A DNA stretch of 64,000 nucleotides from Paragordius varius (GCA_964247055.1 OZ176050.1:13826001-13890000), one strand, 5' to 3'; positions 12,633-25,376 are shown, counted from the first letter of the stretch. Numbers and translations are program-made. The notes: a model not told the origin generated them from the letters alone.

Positions 12633-14085
12633 AAGCTTGATATCGGTCGGGTGGCTTTCGGGATCTAATCGGGTACCGGCGAGTTGTGGTAGGAGAAGTG
12701 TCACTTGTTTGCACAGGAGTATTCTCACTTGAAGGCGCACTTTCTGATTCCGGATTCTCCTCGATGTTTTCAGGGTTTCTTATTTCATGTTCCGTGGGAT
12801 GTTTTCGGAGGTTATTATCATTGTTGTTTAAGTTGTTGTTTAAGTTTTTAGTCTTTTCCTCACTTCTCCCTTCTTCTCCTTCTGCCGACCAATCCATGCG
12901 ATTCCTTAATTGATCAGCATGTTTGCGGATGATTTTGCCATTGTCGTTGACATTGTACGATAACCATCCCGTTCTGTCGACGATTTGTCCCTCCCTCCAA
13001 CCAGAACACAATTCATTCTTGATATATACTTTTTGCCCCTTTTCAAACTCCTGCGGAATGTCGGGAGTATCCATGAATTCGTTGGGTTTCGTTTTCATCC
13101 ATGTTAATGGGCTTTGCATAGTTCTTTTTAAAAACAAATGCGCGGGAGTCTCCTTCGTAGAACTGTGATGCGTGTTTCGGTAAGCCCATAAGATTTGGTT
13201 TAATCTTCGTACTGGGTCTGCGGAAAGGTCTGCGGAAAGTGGGGTTGACATTGAATAATGATTTTTTAGAGTGTAAATTACCCTCTCTACCAACCCATTT
13301 GTTCGGGGGTGGTAGGGAGCTGATGTTACGTGTTTTATATTAGAGGAAGCTAAAGTTCTCTCAAACTCCCCCGATTTAAAATAAGAGCCGTTATCAGTAA
13401 CCACCACTTTTGGGTACCCATACCGGCAAAAACAGGTTTCTAAAAACTTAAGGATATTACCGGTATTCACAGAACGTAACGTTTCTACCTCCACCCAGCG
13501 GGTGCAATGATCAATTAGTACCACCCAGTATAAATTGTCAATGGGTCCGGCGATATCTAGGTGGAGCCGTTCCCATATGGTTGTATTCCCGTTCCATTGA
13601 TAGGTGGGATTTTCGGGTACATTTGGGCGCAGCCTTTGACAGTTTTGGCATCTACGCACCCATTTATCGATATCTTGGCTCAACCCGGGCCAATAAACCT
13701 TTTCACGGCTTAATAGTTTCATGGCTTGTATTCCCGGATGGCCACTATGCAGGTATCTTAAAATATCTGGCTTAATTTTGTTCGGGATTATTACCCGATC
13801 TCCCACAAATAATAGACCGTATGCATCCTCAATTTCATTTTTTATTGCTATGAAAGGCTTGACCAGGGGGTCCGTCCAATTATTAGACCTTAGGGCTACT
13901 TTTAATTTTGCTATAGTAGGATCCTTCATAGACTCTTGATAGATAATTTCTCTATTTAAATTTAATTCGTTGGACCAAATCAAATGAACATTGCTACTTT
14001 CATCATCTTTCTCAAACGCCATCGGCTCCTGGTTTTCAATGGGAAGTCTCGATAGGCAGTCAGCTATGTTTTCTGCACCAGGGTG
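12631..14085 (-). CDS. Integrase part of the polyprotein (out of frame with RT-RH)
   Basis: YHPGAENIADCLSRLP continues in a shifted frame from about 14085. HHCC motif (HSGHPG...CQNC), catalytic HLDIAG / VTDNG / GLVER, and a C-terminal RRYPIRSRKPPDRY tail. Confidence 0.93.
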   Translation of the reverse strand, partial: HPGAENIADCLSRLPIENQEPMAFEKDDESSNVHLIWSNELNLNREIIYQESMKDPTIAKLKVALRSNNWTDPLVKPFIAIKNEIEDAYGLLFVGDRVIIPNKIKPDILRYLHSGHPGIQAMKLLSREKVYWPGLSQDIDKWVRRCQNCQRLRPNVPENPTYQWNGNTTIWERLHLDIAGPIDNLYWVVLIDHCTRWVEVETLRSVNTGNILKFLETCFCRYGYPKVVVTDNGSYFKSGEFERTLASSNIKHVTSAPYHPRTNGLVERVIYTLKNHYSMSTPLSADLSADPVRRLNQILWAYRNTHHSSTKETPAHLFLKRTMQSPLTWMKTKPNEFMDTPDIPQEFEKGQKVYIKNELCSGWREGQIVDRTGWLSYNVNDNGKIIRKHADQLRNRMDWSAEGEEGRSEEKTKNLNNNLNNNDNNLRKHPTEHEIRNPENIEENPESESAPSSENTPVQTSDTSPTTTRRYPIRSRKPPDRYQA

Positions 14086-16553
14086 ATATTGTTAAAATCG
14101 AATACCGATGTTCTAGTTATCCAGCGTACTAGTTTACAATTATTAATTTTACTTAGATCTCTTTGAGGCCCAAATAGTTTCACTAGAGGTTTGTGGTCCG
14201 TTTGTATTATAAATTTCCTGCCATACAAAAAGGTTTTAAACTTCTCTAACGCTATTAGGATAGATTTTGCTTCTCGCTCAATTACTGAATAGTTTCCTTC
14301 AGCCTGAGAGCATTTTTTTGACGTGTAGGCGATCGGGCGATTACCCGCTGTTGTTCTATGTGATAAAATAGCACCGTATCCCGACATTGACGCGTCGGTT
14401 TCCAAGACTATAGGTAGTTTGGGATTATACGGATGCAAGGAACTACTCTGGCAGATCAAGTCTTTAGCTTTTTTGAATATCGACTCATGCGTTAGCGTCC
14501 AACACCATTTTTGTTTGTTACCTGCTAATTTATGTAGTTCTCCCATTAAGCTTAGGGAAGGGATGAATTTTGCATGAAAATTAAGTAAACCCAAAAATGA
14601 TCTAAGAGTGGTTTTGTTGGTCGGGGTCGGGCACTCTTGGATGGCTTTAATTTTATTTGGGGAGGGCTTAATGCAATTTTCAGAAATAATGTGACCAAGA
14701 TATTCTACAGATGGTTGAAAAAGTTTTATTTTATCCTTGCGCAATTTTAATCCCATTGTCTCCAATTTGGTGAAAACCTTTATTAGGTTGTCCTTGTGCT
14801 TTGTCTCGGTTTCTCCTGTCACGATAACGTCATCTAAATAAACGGCTGTACCTGCGCAATCTTTTAATAACTCGTCCATTATTTGTTGAAAGAAACTTGG
14901 GGCGCAATTCAACCCGAAAGGCAATCGTTTATACTTATAAAACCCCTTATGTGTCGAAATTGTTAGTAAGTGCTGACTATCTGGGTCTACTGGAATTTGA
15001 AAATAGGCGTCTTTCAAATCTAGTGTCGAGAAAGATTTGCCGAAGGAAATTTTTGAGATGAGGTCGTCAAAGGTTGGGATTATGTATTGCGGCGGTTTTA
15101 TGTGTGGATTTATACTTATTTTGAAATCCGCGCATATTCTAAGCTCTTTATTAGGTTTTATAATATTTACAGTAGGGCTGGACCAAACGATTCTAGTCTT
15201 TTTTGGATCAATAGGCTCAATTATATCCAGTTTTACCAATCTATTTATCTCATCCTCCACTTTGCTTTGTAACGATAGTGGCACCCTTCTACTTGGAAAA
15301 ATTCTACCACAATTATTATTACTTAAAAACACTTTAATCGGGTCGCCCTTCCAGCAACCAAGGCCATCAGAAAATAACTTGCTAAATTTGTTATATATAT
15401 CATATGAAGATAAGTTATTTATTATTACATGATTGGGTAATTTTAAATTAAATTGTTTTATCCAGTCCATTCCAAATATTGATGGTAAGTTGTTGTTTAT
15501 AATAAAGCACTCTAGAATGTGCGTTCTTTTATCTAATTCAACCTGTAATTTGCATTTACCTAATGTTTTTATACGATTATTATTGTATGCATGTATGAAA
15601 ATATTATTGTTATCAAAATCTAGTGCTGGCTTGCCTAGACGGCACCAGTTTTTATAATTTATGATTGAAATATCGGCACCCGTATCAAAAATCATTTCAA
15701 TAGGAATATTATTTATTTTAGGAACAATTTGGGGTTTTTTTGTCTTATTAAAAAGGAAATATGCTTTAAACGTTACCTTACAACATCGAGCAAAGTGGTT
15801 TGAACGATGGCATTTATAACATTCTTTCCCATAGGCAGGGCAATGTCCCAACGAATGAGTCGTCCCACATTTTGTGCAGGTTCGTCGGTTATTATTACTA
15901 TGGTTGCTCTTTGATTGGTGAAGTGTGGCTATTTCGTTTATTTCACCATTACTACTGTGGTTCTTATTATTGTTACTTTTATTATCATTATCCATATTGA
16001 TGGACAGCACTTCTGTATTCGTTAGTCCATCTCGTGCCTTCTCATGTGATAAGGCAATATTTACCACCGTATTTAGAGAAACGGGAGCCCCGTTTTCTAA
16101 AGCTTCTGGGAACCGTGTGAATAGTTCCATTTCCACGGCTTGCTCCTCTAACCCGGCGATGAATACATCTCTGATGTGCTCGTCAATGTTTGACGAGAAC
16201 CGGCAGTGGATGGCCATTTGTTTAACTCTTAACAGGAATTCTGTGAACGTTTCCATTCTCCCCCTCTTCATTTTAATTAAATCAAAACGCGACGAAAAAA
16301 TATTCCTTGAGGGGGAGAAGATTTTTATACCGGCGTTTAATAGATCTGGGAATGGTATGTCGTCTATTGCTTGTGGATAGAAATAATTTTCAATTTTATT
16401 AATATTTTCGATTCCTCCGAAAGCCAACAAACATGCTTTCATATTTTCATCGGTGGCTGCGACATTCTTGACCTCCAAATTGCGTTTAATATATGTAATA
16501 TAATTTGTAAACTCAACATTAGGATTAAAACATGATAAATTAATTTTTTCCAT
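14064..16553 (-). CDS. Gag-protease-reverse transcriptase-RNase H part of the retrotransposon polyprotein
   Basis: Zinc knuckles CTKCGTTHSLGHCPAYGKECYKCHRSNHFARCC, protease FDTGADIS, RT YLDD, RNase H ETDAS...ERE...TDHKPL. Confidence 0.95.
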   Translation of the reverse strand: MEKINLSCFNPNVEFTNYITYIKRNLEVKNVAATDENMKACLLAFGGIENINKIENYFYPQAIDDIPFPDLLNAGIKIFSPSRNIFSSRFDLIKMKRGRMETFTEFLLRVKQMAIHCRFSSNIDEHIRDVFIAGLEEQAVEMELFTRFPEALENGAPVSLNTVVNIALSHEKARDGLTNTEVLSINMDNDNKSNNNKNHSSNGEINEIATLHQSKSNHSNNNRRTCTKCGTTHSLGHCPAYGKECYKCHRSNHFARCCKVTFKAYFLFNKTKKPQIVPKINNIPIEMIFDTGADISIINYKNWCRLGKPALDFDNNNIFIHAYNNNRIKTLGKCKLQVELDKRTHILECFIINNNLPSIFGMDWIKQFNLKLPNHVIINNLSSYDIYNKFSKLFSDGLGCWKGDPIKVFLSNNNCGRIFPSRRVPLSLQSKVEDEINRLVKLDIIEPIDPKKTRIVWSSPTVNIIKPNKELRICADFKISINPHIKPPQYIIPTFDDLISKISFGKSFSTLDLKDAYFQIPVDPDSQHLLTISTHKGFYKYKRLPFGLNCAPSFFQQIMDELLKDCAGTAVYLDDVIVTGETETKHKDNLIKVFTKLETMGLKLRKDKIKLFQPSVEYLGHIISENCIKPSPNKIKAIQECPTPTNKTTLRSFLGLLNFHAKFIPSLSLMGELHKLAGNKQKWCWTLTHESIFKKAKDLICQSSSLHPYNPKLPIVLETDASMSGYGAILSHRTTAGNRPIAYTSKKCSQAEGNYSVIEREAKSILIALEKFKTFLYGRKFIIQTDHKPLVKLFGPQRDLSKINNCKLVRWITRTSVFDFNNITLVQKT

Positions 16554-16555
16554 AG

Positions 16556-16573
16556 CCTCGAATAGCCGCGCCA
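16556..16573 (-). promoter_or_regulatory. Primer-binding site
   Basis: TGGCGCGGCTATTCGAGG immediately inside the 5' LTR. TGG is complementary to tRNA 3'-CCA; the priming tRNA is not resolved (possibly Ser). Confidence 0.7.
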
Positions 16574-16866
16574 GTTAATATAAATTATAAAGGATATATT
16601 TATTTATTTAGTATAACATCAAAACTGAATAATATAATATAATGTGTTGTGTGTGTTATGATTTCTTATATACATTAGGAAATTTGGTTATTGCATTCAC
16701 AAGGATATAAAGTTGTGTGGTTTAAACGTTGTTAAAGATAAGTATAAATAAAATAATTTGCATTCACAACCAAGGCTATATATATTTTTAACGTAACAAG
16801 GACCAAAGTGTATTATGCACTAAAAAAGAGAAGGATAATATGCGTATGATGATAACCCTTTTAACA
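16574..16866 (-). repeat. 5' LTR
   Basis: Differs from the 3' LTR by 2 substitutions and two 3-bp indels by my manual alignment. Confidence 0.95.
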
Positions 16867-18297
16867 ATAACTAAATTATTTCTTATACTTATATTAAATG
16901 AAAATTAATTTTAATTTGATAAAATTGGCTATTTCTATTAAAGTTTTTATTTTTTGTGAAAACAATAACCCCAAAACCGCATTCGAAGTGTCTCAAAATT
17001 GGTTTTTCCAAAATGTTATATTTTAAAAGGCTATATATTTATACGTGCCATATAATTAGTTTTCTGACATGTAAACTTATTATAAAAATATAAACTCAAA
17101 TATTATTTGGAGAGTGAAATGTCGTGAAAAATAATATAGTTACAATAGTTTTGGTTAAAAACAAAGAATTCTGGCTATCGTCGTATAAATTATTTCTTAG
17201 AATTATGATGAATTGAAAAATGTGTTGATTGAAAAATTTGATAACATCGTGCGTATCCAAAATTTCGCAGGACACAATAAATATTTTGCGTGGTTTTAGA
17301 TTTGATATCTATCAATAATATACAATGGATAAAAGACTTTATCGGATATTTGGTAAAAAAACATGTAATTTAGATAGAAAAATAATTTTTTGTTTTATCT
17401 ACACATTGCACCCATATTACAATCAATATTTTGTCATAAATAACTTTTACATCAAATCCTTAGTCATCGTTTAATGTCGTCTAAAATTATTAAAGTGCTA
17501 TTCTAAAGAAATAGGTTCCATAAATGCTAAGAAGTATTAGTAAGATGGCGCCAGTTAGAGGTTACGACGGATGCGGATTTCCATCAAAGCCAATCAATGC
17601 TGTTGTTGTGAGAGACGAATCATATTTTGTAGCGGAATCGTTTTGCCCCTGTTTTTAGGCTCACTGTGCTTTAATTAATTATTTGTTGGCAATACTTATG
17701 TGTATTAACTATTATAGTGCGGTTAAAAGTTTATTCTAAACAGACATGGACCGGCTTTTCTAGGTGATTATCGATATTTTTTGGATTTACAAAATTAAGC
17801 CATTCATTTATCTTAAATCGTTCCAATGCAAGACGTGGAATCGACACAAGCTTTACCTTCTTACCAAAGCGATTCAAAATAGGTATAAATGGACCGGCTT
17901 TTCTAGGTGATATCTCTATTTTTTTAAATTTACATAATTAACCCATTCACCTCAAATCGCTACAACAGGGATTTTAAGACAAGCAGGATTTCACAAGTCA
18001 TTTTACGATTGATTTAAAGTTGATTCAAATTACATTCACCGAGGTTATTGGTCTTTTTCATTACGATCATAGCTATTTATTGATTGTTTTTTATGATACA
18101 TTCCTCCTTCTGCCAATTACCGTTGAATGAGTCATCTTCCAATAATTGCACATGATGGTTTTAGCATGCGGTTTACCCGTCCACACTCCACAAAAAGTAT
18201 ACTTTTTTAAATAATATTTTTTATGTCAAAATTGCATATATTTAATTTTATCGCGTAATCCCAGCATTTTTGCGTTTAAAAGAACTAACCCGTTTTA

Positions 18298-19220
18298 ATA
18301 AAGCAAAAAATTTGGGACTTTGGTAGCCCACATCTAAAAATTTAATTTTTTTAAAAATATGCTATGTTTTTATAGGTGGTTTATGATATATTTTAGTGAT
18401 ATTTTTTGGAATGATGTATATAGCTTTCACAAAAATATTTTTAAAAAAATGTACGCAAATTTTGCCATTTTTTGATATGGAGCACTTACTGCAAAAGTGT
18501 AAACAACTTTCTTATATTACTCGTAAGGCCAAAACCAAAACACCATAATACTCCTGATACGTTATCCTATATATATATATATATTATGTTATTTTTTTAT
18601 TTCTCCCGATTTTGTACGCACTTTATAAAATTAAATTAGGCTAAACATCTATCATCTCAGAATTTTAACTTAAAATTCTTTTGCTACTAAATTTGGGTAT
18701 ATTTTTGTAATAAAATAATATATTTTTGGTATCAAAATTCTTAGGTGGTAGAAAGGTTAAGCATTATTGAGTTATAGAAAAAGTGTTTTTGTAATATATG
18801 AAAGCGTTTTTATACCGTTACCAACATGCCTAATATTGTTGAAGTAATTGAACAAAATTTTGCTGTAAATTAAATTTTTTGGTAGGTAATTATTTCGGAA
18901 AATATTTTTGATGCCAAATTTTAGTATATATTATATTTTACCGCGCAATCTTAACATTTTATGGTTTTTTTATAGAACTAGCCGATTTTGTAAGGCAAAA
19001 GAATTAGGACTTTCGGAACATGTCAAATATTAATTTTAAAAATACTATTTTGATTTTTATTATGTTAGTGATATATTTTACATATTTTTGGAATAAAGCA
19101 TTTAGCTTTTATCAAAAAATTGTATTTAAATGTGCTCAATGCCCCACAAAAGTGTTAATAATTTTCTTAAATCACTCATAAGAACCAAAACCAAAGCACC
19201 TTGAGAATCCTGACATTTTT
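18298..19220 (+). repeat. Diverged ~250-bp direct repeat pair
   Basis: 18298-18570 and 18990-19220 share AAAGCAAAA..TT.GGACTTT.G and CAAAAGTGT.AA.AA.TTTCTTA.AT.ACTC.TAAG..CCAAAACCAAA.CACC. Confidence 0.6.
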
Positions 19221-20586
19221 TATTATAATATATATAAATCAAACTATTTTTTAAATATTCTACAAATAAATTAATGTTTTTACATAATTTTTATAATTTT
19301 TGCTCCTTACAAGTGTTTTTTTGTGGTTAGGAGCTGTGTCAATTTTGAATTATAAATTATATGTTAAAGCCTAGTATATAAACATCAGTATGATCCAATT
19401 AGTCTATAATTTTTTAAATAATTAACGGAGGATTTACTCTATCTTTTAAAATAGCCTCGTTTTAGACAACCCTATATAATCTAATCAGCACCCATATTCT
19501 AACAAATCGTTGATATTAATTTATCAAATATTATCAACAGAGAGTAACAAAAGCATTTTTCATTTTATGTTTTAACCCTAACTAAACAACAAATTCTGCT
19601 CTCGAATTTTGCATTTTCTAATTACTACCAAATAACAGTAAATCTGAAAAAATTATGATTACAGCTAGGTTTTATTTAATTTTTTATATTTGTGCGCTAC
19701 TAAAAAATATTTTTTTAAAAATATATAACAAATGCTCATTTATAATATATCATTCGAGAGAGTAATGAAAACTATAAAAAAATTTATATTAATATCTTTT
19801 ACATCGAGAATTGATATTGGAGATAGGGAGCGACAAAGGTGAAGAGATTGCGTTTTTTCAATAATAAATTAAAACTAATGGATGAAAATAGCTCAAACTT
19901 TGTGTAGATGGCAATAAATATTTTAAAAAGATTTTTGACTATGTAAAGCCAAATAACTTTGACATCAGACAGATTAAACGACTTACCATATGTAAAATCC
20001 ACCCTTTGGCGCTCTTTCGAATATAAAATACTTGGCTATATATATAAAATTTATTTAGAAAATTAAGGTTAATAAATGTTAAATCGGGGCCAAAAATTTT
20101 CAATAATCTCTATAAAATAAGAATTAGGTGTCCCATATTCTTTCTTATATACTATTTATCTACTTTAAAATAAATTTTAACACGTTACCTTTTTAGTTTT
20201 CTACCCCAGAGTGATTTGAAATTCGAATATCGTAATAATTTAAGATCGGTAGTAAGCCAAATTTAACATATGCTTTCTTTAGCCTTTTAGGCGCATCAAC
20301 AATTTTTTTGTAAAGATGTAAAAATGTAACTTAAATTTAAACAGACTAACTTGGATTACTGTATCAAAATAGCCGGGATCAAACGTTTTTACCATCATTT
20401 TTTTATAACTTTTTTGTATATTCAATGCAACAGGCAAATTAATTATAATCGTTAAAAAATGTCAATAATAACTTTAAAAAGCTTTAAGGGTTCATTTTAC
20501 CAGTAAAAACCTGATAAATTTTGATTTTGATATCACCTGCTTGTATTAATCATGTTTTGGAGCCATCCCAGTTTCAGACTCTAGAA

Positions 20587-22841
20587 CAGTGGTACTTACC
20601 AAAAAAATTTGACGGGCCAAAAATAATATTTTTTTTCGAGGGCCATGAACCTTATAATAGCAAATATTTCATTTTGACACATATGCATATTTATAAATCA
20701 GCACAATGAATTTCTTGCGGATCGCATGTAAATCCAGCTAAAAACTCATTTTGCACCATCTAATTTAAAAAAATTAAAATGTTTTTTTATCAAGATTTAT
20801 TTTCAGATTAATTAATAATTTTTGGCAAATATGGTTTCTCCCACAGGCCATTTTTAATACGTCGTCCATATATCTATCTGTATTTTTGACATACTTCATT
20901 TTTGAATATACCGTCTCACACGTGTAACTTGAGGGAAAAACAGTTAGGATAACTTGAGCACATCTTTTATATCTTTCTAATTATTTGGCACATCTTGGAA
21001 AAACTCTGAATATCTTTTCCACGATTCTCCTAGAATATAGCCTCCAAATTGGAATCATTTTTTAAATCTACGGATTCAATGATATGTGCCTGATCAAAAC
21101 CGAAGTGCTCAAATTGCTTAATATTGATATATCCATATACCATAGATTTTCAACGAGTTTAAGCAATTTTTAATATTTCCTAATTCTTGAAAATTTCATC
21201 TTTTTAGATAAAAATGTGAAATGATTGTCTATTATTAACAGTAGTAAATTCCATATTTTCATCAAATATAGGAAAATTGGTTGTTTATTATTACTTTCAA
21301 AAGCAAATGTTTGATTAGCAAATTGAGTTATTATTTTGCTCTCTTCAGGACTTGTATTTAAAATATTAAGTTTATAATTAATGTCACAAAAGTAGGCTAA
21401 TAAAACCCACCATTTGTAACTATTTTTCTTGTCAAACTTTCTGTTATCTTTTAAAAATAATATAATTTTATTAAAAAATATGTTTAATAGTTTGCTTAGG
21501 CGTAGTCATCTCACAGCGGTGTACAAACGAATATCCAAGGACTTGGATATCTTTCATTTGAATTTACGGCTATTGAATTCTCTGCCACGGATGTAGGTAA
21601 CTATTTCCACAACCGTTTTAATTACTAAATTTAGTGATTCATCTTTTACACGCGAAACCAAGTTTTGCCAATGAATAAAGCAGTGAAAGGATAATATATT
21701 TCGCAAATTTTGTTTTTTAAAAGAGAAATAAACCCTTTGTTTATTCCAATCATAGTGGGACAGCCATCTGTGCAGATCGAAAGAAATTATTTCATAGATA
21801 TACCATTATTATCGAAAAAAGTGCTAATTATTTCAAGAAAATCAGTCTTTTGTGGTATTCATTGGTAAAAATTTCATATATTTCTCGTTTATTATGTTGT
21901 CGTTGCAAAATCTCACGAAGAGCGCACATTGAGGTGTTGAACTTATATCAGTGCTAGAATCGATTTGCAGTTTCAGAGCCAATAATGTGTTGTATGTATT
22001 TACACATATCTTCAATGCGTCGAGCACATGCTAAATCAGAAAGTTGAAGTTTTTTAATTTGCCTCATGATTTGATCTTCATTATGGAATTTATCAAATAA
22101 AATAGTGCAACCATTTAATTAGACATTCTTTTATTAGTTGGGAATCAGTAAACGGTTTCTTATTTTTTCCTAAAATATAGCAAATTTCATACGAAGCAAA
22201 TGTTAGATTTTTCTTTCTCGTATAATTCCTTAAAATTTTTATATTTTTCGCTTTTCCCCATGATTTTCTGGTAATTTATGAGAATGATGGATTTTAAAAT
22301 GTCTTTCAATATTTTTTTATAATTATGTTGTCTTGCATATAAGTTAGGTAGCAACATTGTTATTTAAAACGAAAAAATTATTTTCCCATTCTTTTTTAAA
22401 AGAGCAAATTTCATCGGATAATTTACGTTTTTGGCATTAGATGTCATCCTTTGAAGTTATGTTTAAATATAAAAAAATAGGAATATAAATTGAATTATGC
22501 TATAAAAAACAGGTCGAAATTTAATGATGTCGAGTTTAAAAATATTTTATGGGAATGAGTTATAAAAATGATGCAGGATAGCAAAAAATATATGTGCAAT
22601 GGGTGAAAACAAAAATGAATTGCAATAAAAATTTCATAAAGAAAAAAAAATTGAATACAGAAAGAAACAACTTGTCCCCATAAATTATAAATTTAAAATC
22701 ATTTCAATGTAGGAAAATTACATTTCAAATTGGGTAAAAAATAAATATTATTAATTAAAAAAAATAAAGTATCAATATGGTCATAGGGCAATTTTAAAGC
22801 ACAATTAGGGCCCCATGCGGCCCGCGGTTTGTGTATCACTG
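20587..22841 (-). mobile_element. Decayed hAT DNA transposon (Buster/SPIN/Charlie-like)
   Basis: Imperfect TIRs CAGTGGTAC and CAGTGATAC; 8-bp flanks CTCTAGAA / CTCTACTA (nnnTAnnn). Transposase remnant LQIDSSTDISSTPQCALFVRF matches the hAT DESTD...QL motif; many stops and frameshifts. Confidence 0.85.
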
Positions 22842-23958
22842 CTCTACTATAAGGCAATACACTGGTTATTTCAAACCAGTTCAAAGTTTTCACATACAAA
22901 ATCCTGTTATGGTTTAGTTATCTCCTAAAGTTTATTACAACTTTCTGGGCATAGCACTCATACTTTTTCAAATTATACCGCTAAATGTAAATTTTTCAAT
23001 GCCTCTTAGTTGGTTCGTTTGTTTGGAGTACAGATCTTGTTGTTTTCAATGCTATCCCATAATTAAAAAATTTTTTGCATTCCCTCTAATGATAAAATAT
23101 TTGCATGGAAATTAAGTGGGGACTTTTATAATCACTTTTATTAAAATATGTGGCTTAATTTGAAGCCATATATTAATTACATAATCAAATAATAATATTT
23201 ATAAATACTTTCAATATATAATATAAAATTCGTATCAAAATAATCCAAAATAAAAAATCCAATTAATTTTAGAATTATCTGATGGAGTCATTTCCAAATG
23301 TATCGACCTTGATTTCAATGTAGCCTAAAATTATATATAGTATGCGTATTAAAAATTTTTAACTTTGACACCATTAACACTTTATTATTTCGGCTTCCCA
23401 AGAAAAAAGTAACTATTGTATATTATGCCAAATTTGAATATATATCAGAGCTTTTAAATCACGTGGTGTGACCAACATAAATGCTTTGCTGCTGTTTTTT
23501 TTGAAACGGTTCGTATTTGCAAAATTATAAGCACACATAAACAATATATTAGGCTTTAGCCTTATATAACTAACTATTATGGTGACAAATTTTTGCTAGT
23601 TTGTTGCCAATAAATAAGACTTTTTTACTGCCAAATATTTTATCTAACTTTGATTTGGGTTAAAATTGCTCTAGTATAAAGTTATTAAAAATAAAAAACC
23701 TATCCTTAAAATAATAATTTTAAAGCAAGTTCAGAACAAATATACATTTTAAAATCTCATTTTATTAGATTTTTAAATTATCTTAGCAATACATGATTCA
23801 CTACACTGTATAAACCATTCATTTTAAATATCAAATGAAGTTTGAAAATCTTAAATCAACACTAATAGTTTAACATATCAAAGTAATAGAATCAAAAACG
23901 CCTTGATTAGAAACTAGAAAATAGAAGTAGCCACCAAAAAAATCATCAAACCAAAATA

Positions 23959-24224
23959 CAGTAAAAATCGAAATTATGCGGACAAAACGTAAAAATATAA
24001 AGACCGTCATTTTTCTAAAAGACAACCATGCGTTTATTATTATTATTTTATATTGAAATGTGTGAAATACAAATGATTATTACCAACACAATAAATTTTA
24101 TATCTTACATTAGTAATTAAATTTCTTATAGAGGCATAATTTAGGTTTGAAAAAATATGGTTGTCTTTTATAAAAGAATATTTACTTTTATTAAGTTTTG
24201 TCCTTATAATTTCAATTTTAACTG
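23959..24224. mobile_element. Tc1/mariner-type MITE family B
   Basis: TA|CAGTAAAAA..GAAATTAT.CGGACAAAACGTAAAAATATAAAGAC ... inverted ...ACTG|TA. Confidence 0.85.
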
Positions 24225-25376
24225 TATTTAAAACGTACATCAACACTATCAATAGTGATTGTTTAGACAACTACATTATGCCGTAATAAACCAAATGCCC
24301 CTATAAAGAATATCGTTATACGTAAATGGCTGGCAACTTTTCCTGTGCATTCACATTAATGTACGGCACAATTTGTTTTTTTTCATCTAAAGCTTGACGT
24401 AAATCGATGGATTTATCCAATGGATTTATACAATGCATAAGGTTTTTTGGAACATAACGAACTGATCTGGTGCCTCGCATTTCAATATCTGGTTCCGGGA
24501 TACTCGATCGACAAACCACGCTTAAAATATTTTTCTTGTGAGTCTCATTTTCAGCCATATTCAACATTGATAGGGCTAAATGATTGTTTGTAACTAGTTA
24601 GGTAAAACAAGATAAAAGTTTTATAAACATATATAAACAATAAAAGATCACAAATTTTGAGGCTAATGAAGGATGGAAAAAATTATTTTATAAAACTAAT
24701 TGAAACTCAACCCAAAATGTGTTTAACAACTGCTCATATCCACGAATGGCTGCATTCATAAACAGTAAAAAACTGGTGTGTTTAGTTATAAAATATGTGA
24801 TGGTTGCTAAATACTCAATTTTAACATTGTTAACCCTTGGGCCGCATATGGGCCTCCAAAAATTATATACAGTAACTAGGATAAAATGTTAAATTTTGTT
24901 TGCATTTAACAGCCATAGATTTCAAATCTAATAAAATTATTAATGCATACACATATTTATAAATTATGAATGCAGTTCGCCGGCATTATTGAGTTAAAAA
25001 TGAGACCAGCAATTGTGTGTTGGACACCCATGGATTAAATATATATATATATATATAATATATAGAAGATAAGTTTTTAAATTTTTTTAACTATTCCAAA
25101 AAACTCTACCGTACAATTTTAAAAATGTATTTACTCAAATCATCCTTGAATCATTCCTTATAACTCGAATTTCAATTTTGCAGAAGGGACCAAAATGTAT
25201 GGTTTGATTGTTCTCTTATTGGTAAAGAAATATACAAATTAATATAAATATTATATCTAAAATTAGTGTAACAAATACATTGTTTATGAATAAAAATACT
25301 TAATTTTTGGATTCGGGTGCGATCTAAAAGAATGAAACGACCATTGTCAATCTGATAACTGCATTCTAATTGTAGA

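Larger units (their letters stand above)
12323..16866 (-). mobile_element. Full-length Ty3/Gypsy LTR retrotransposon (Mag-like), single gag-pol ORF broken by one frameshift
   Basis: Two near-identical LTRs, a 5-bp TSD ATAAC (12318-12322 and 16867-16871), a PBS-like TGGCGCGG and a PPT. Domain order is gag-PR-RT-RH-IN. Confidence 0.97.

Noticed and set aside
12686-16380. Plus-strand ORFs antisense to the Gypsy polyprotein (for example 15037-15432 and 15925-16380)
   Set aside because: These are expected shadows of a long coding strand and carry no recognisable motifs.
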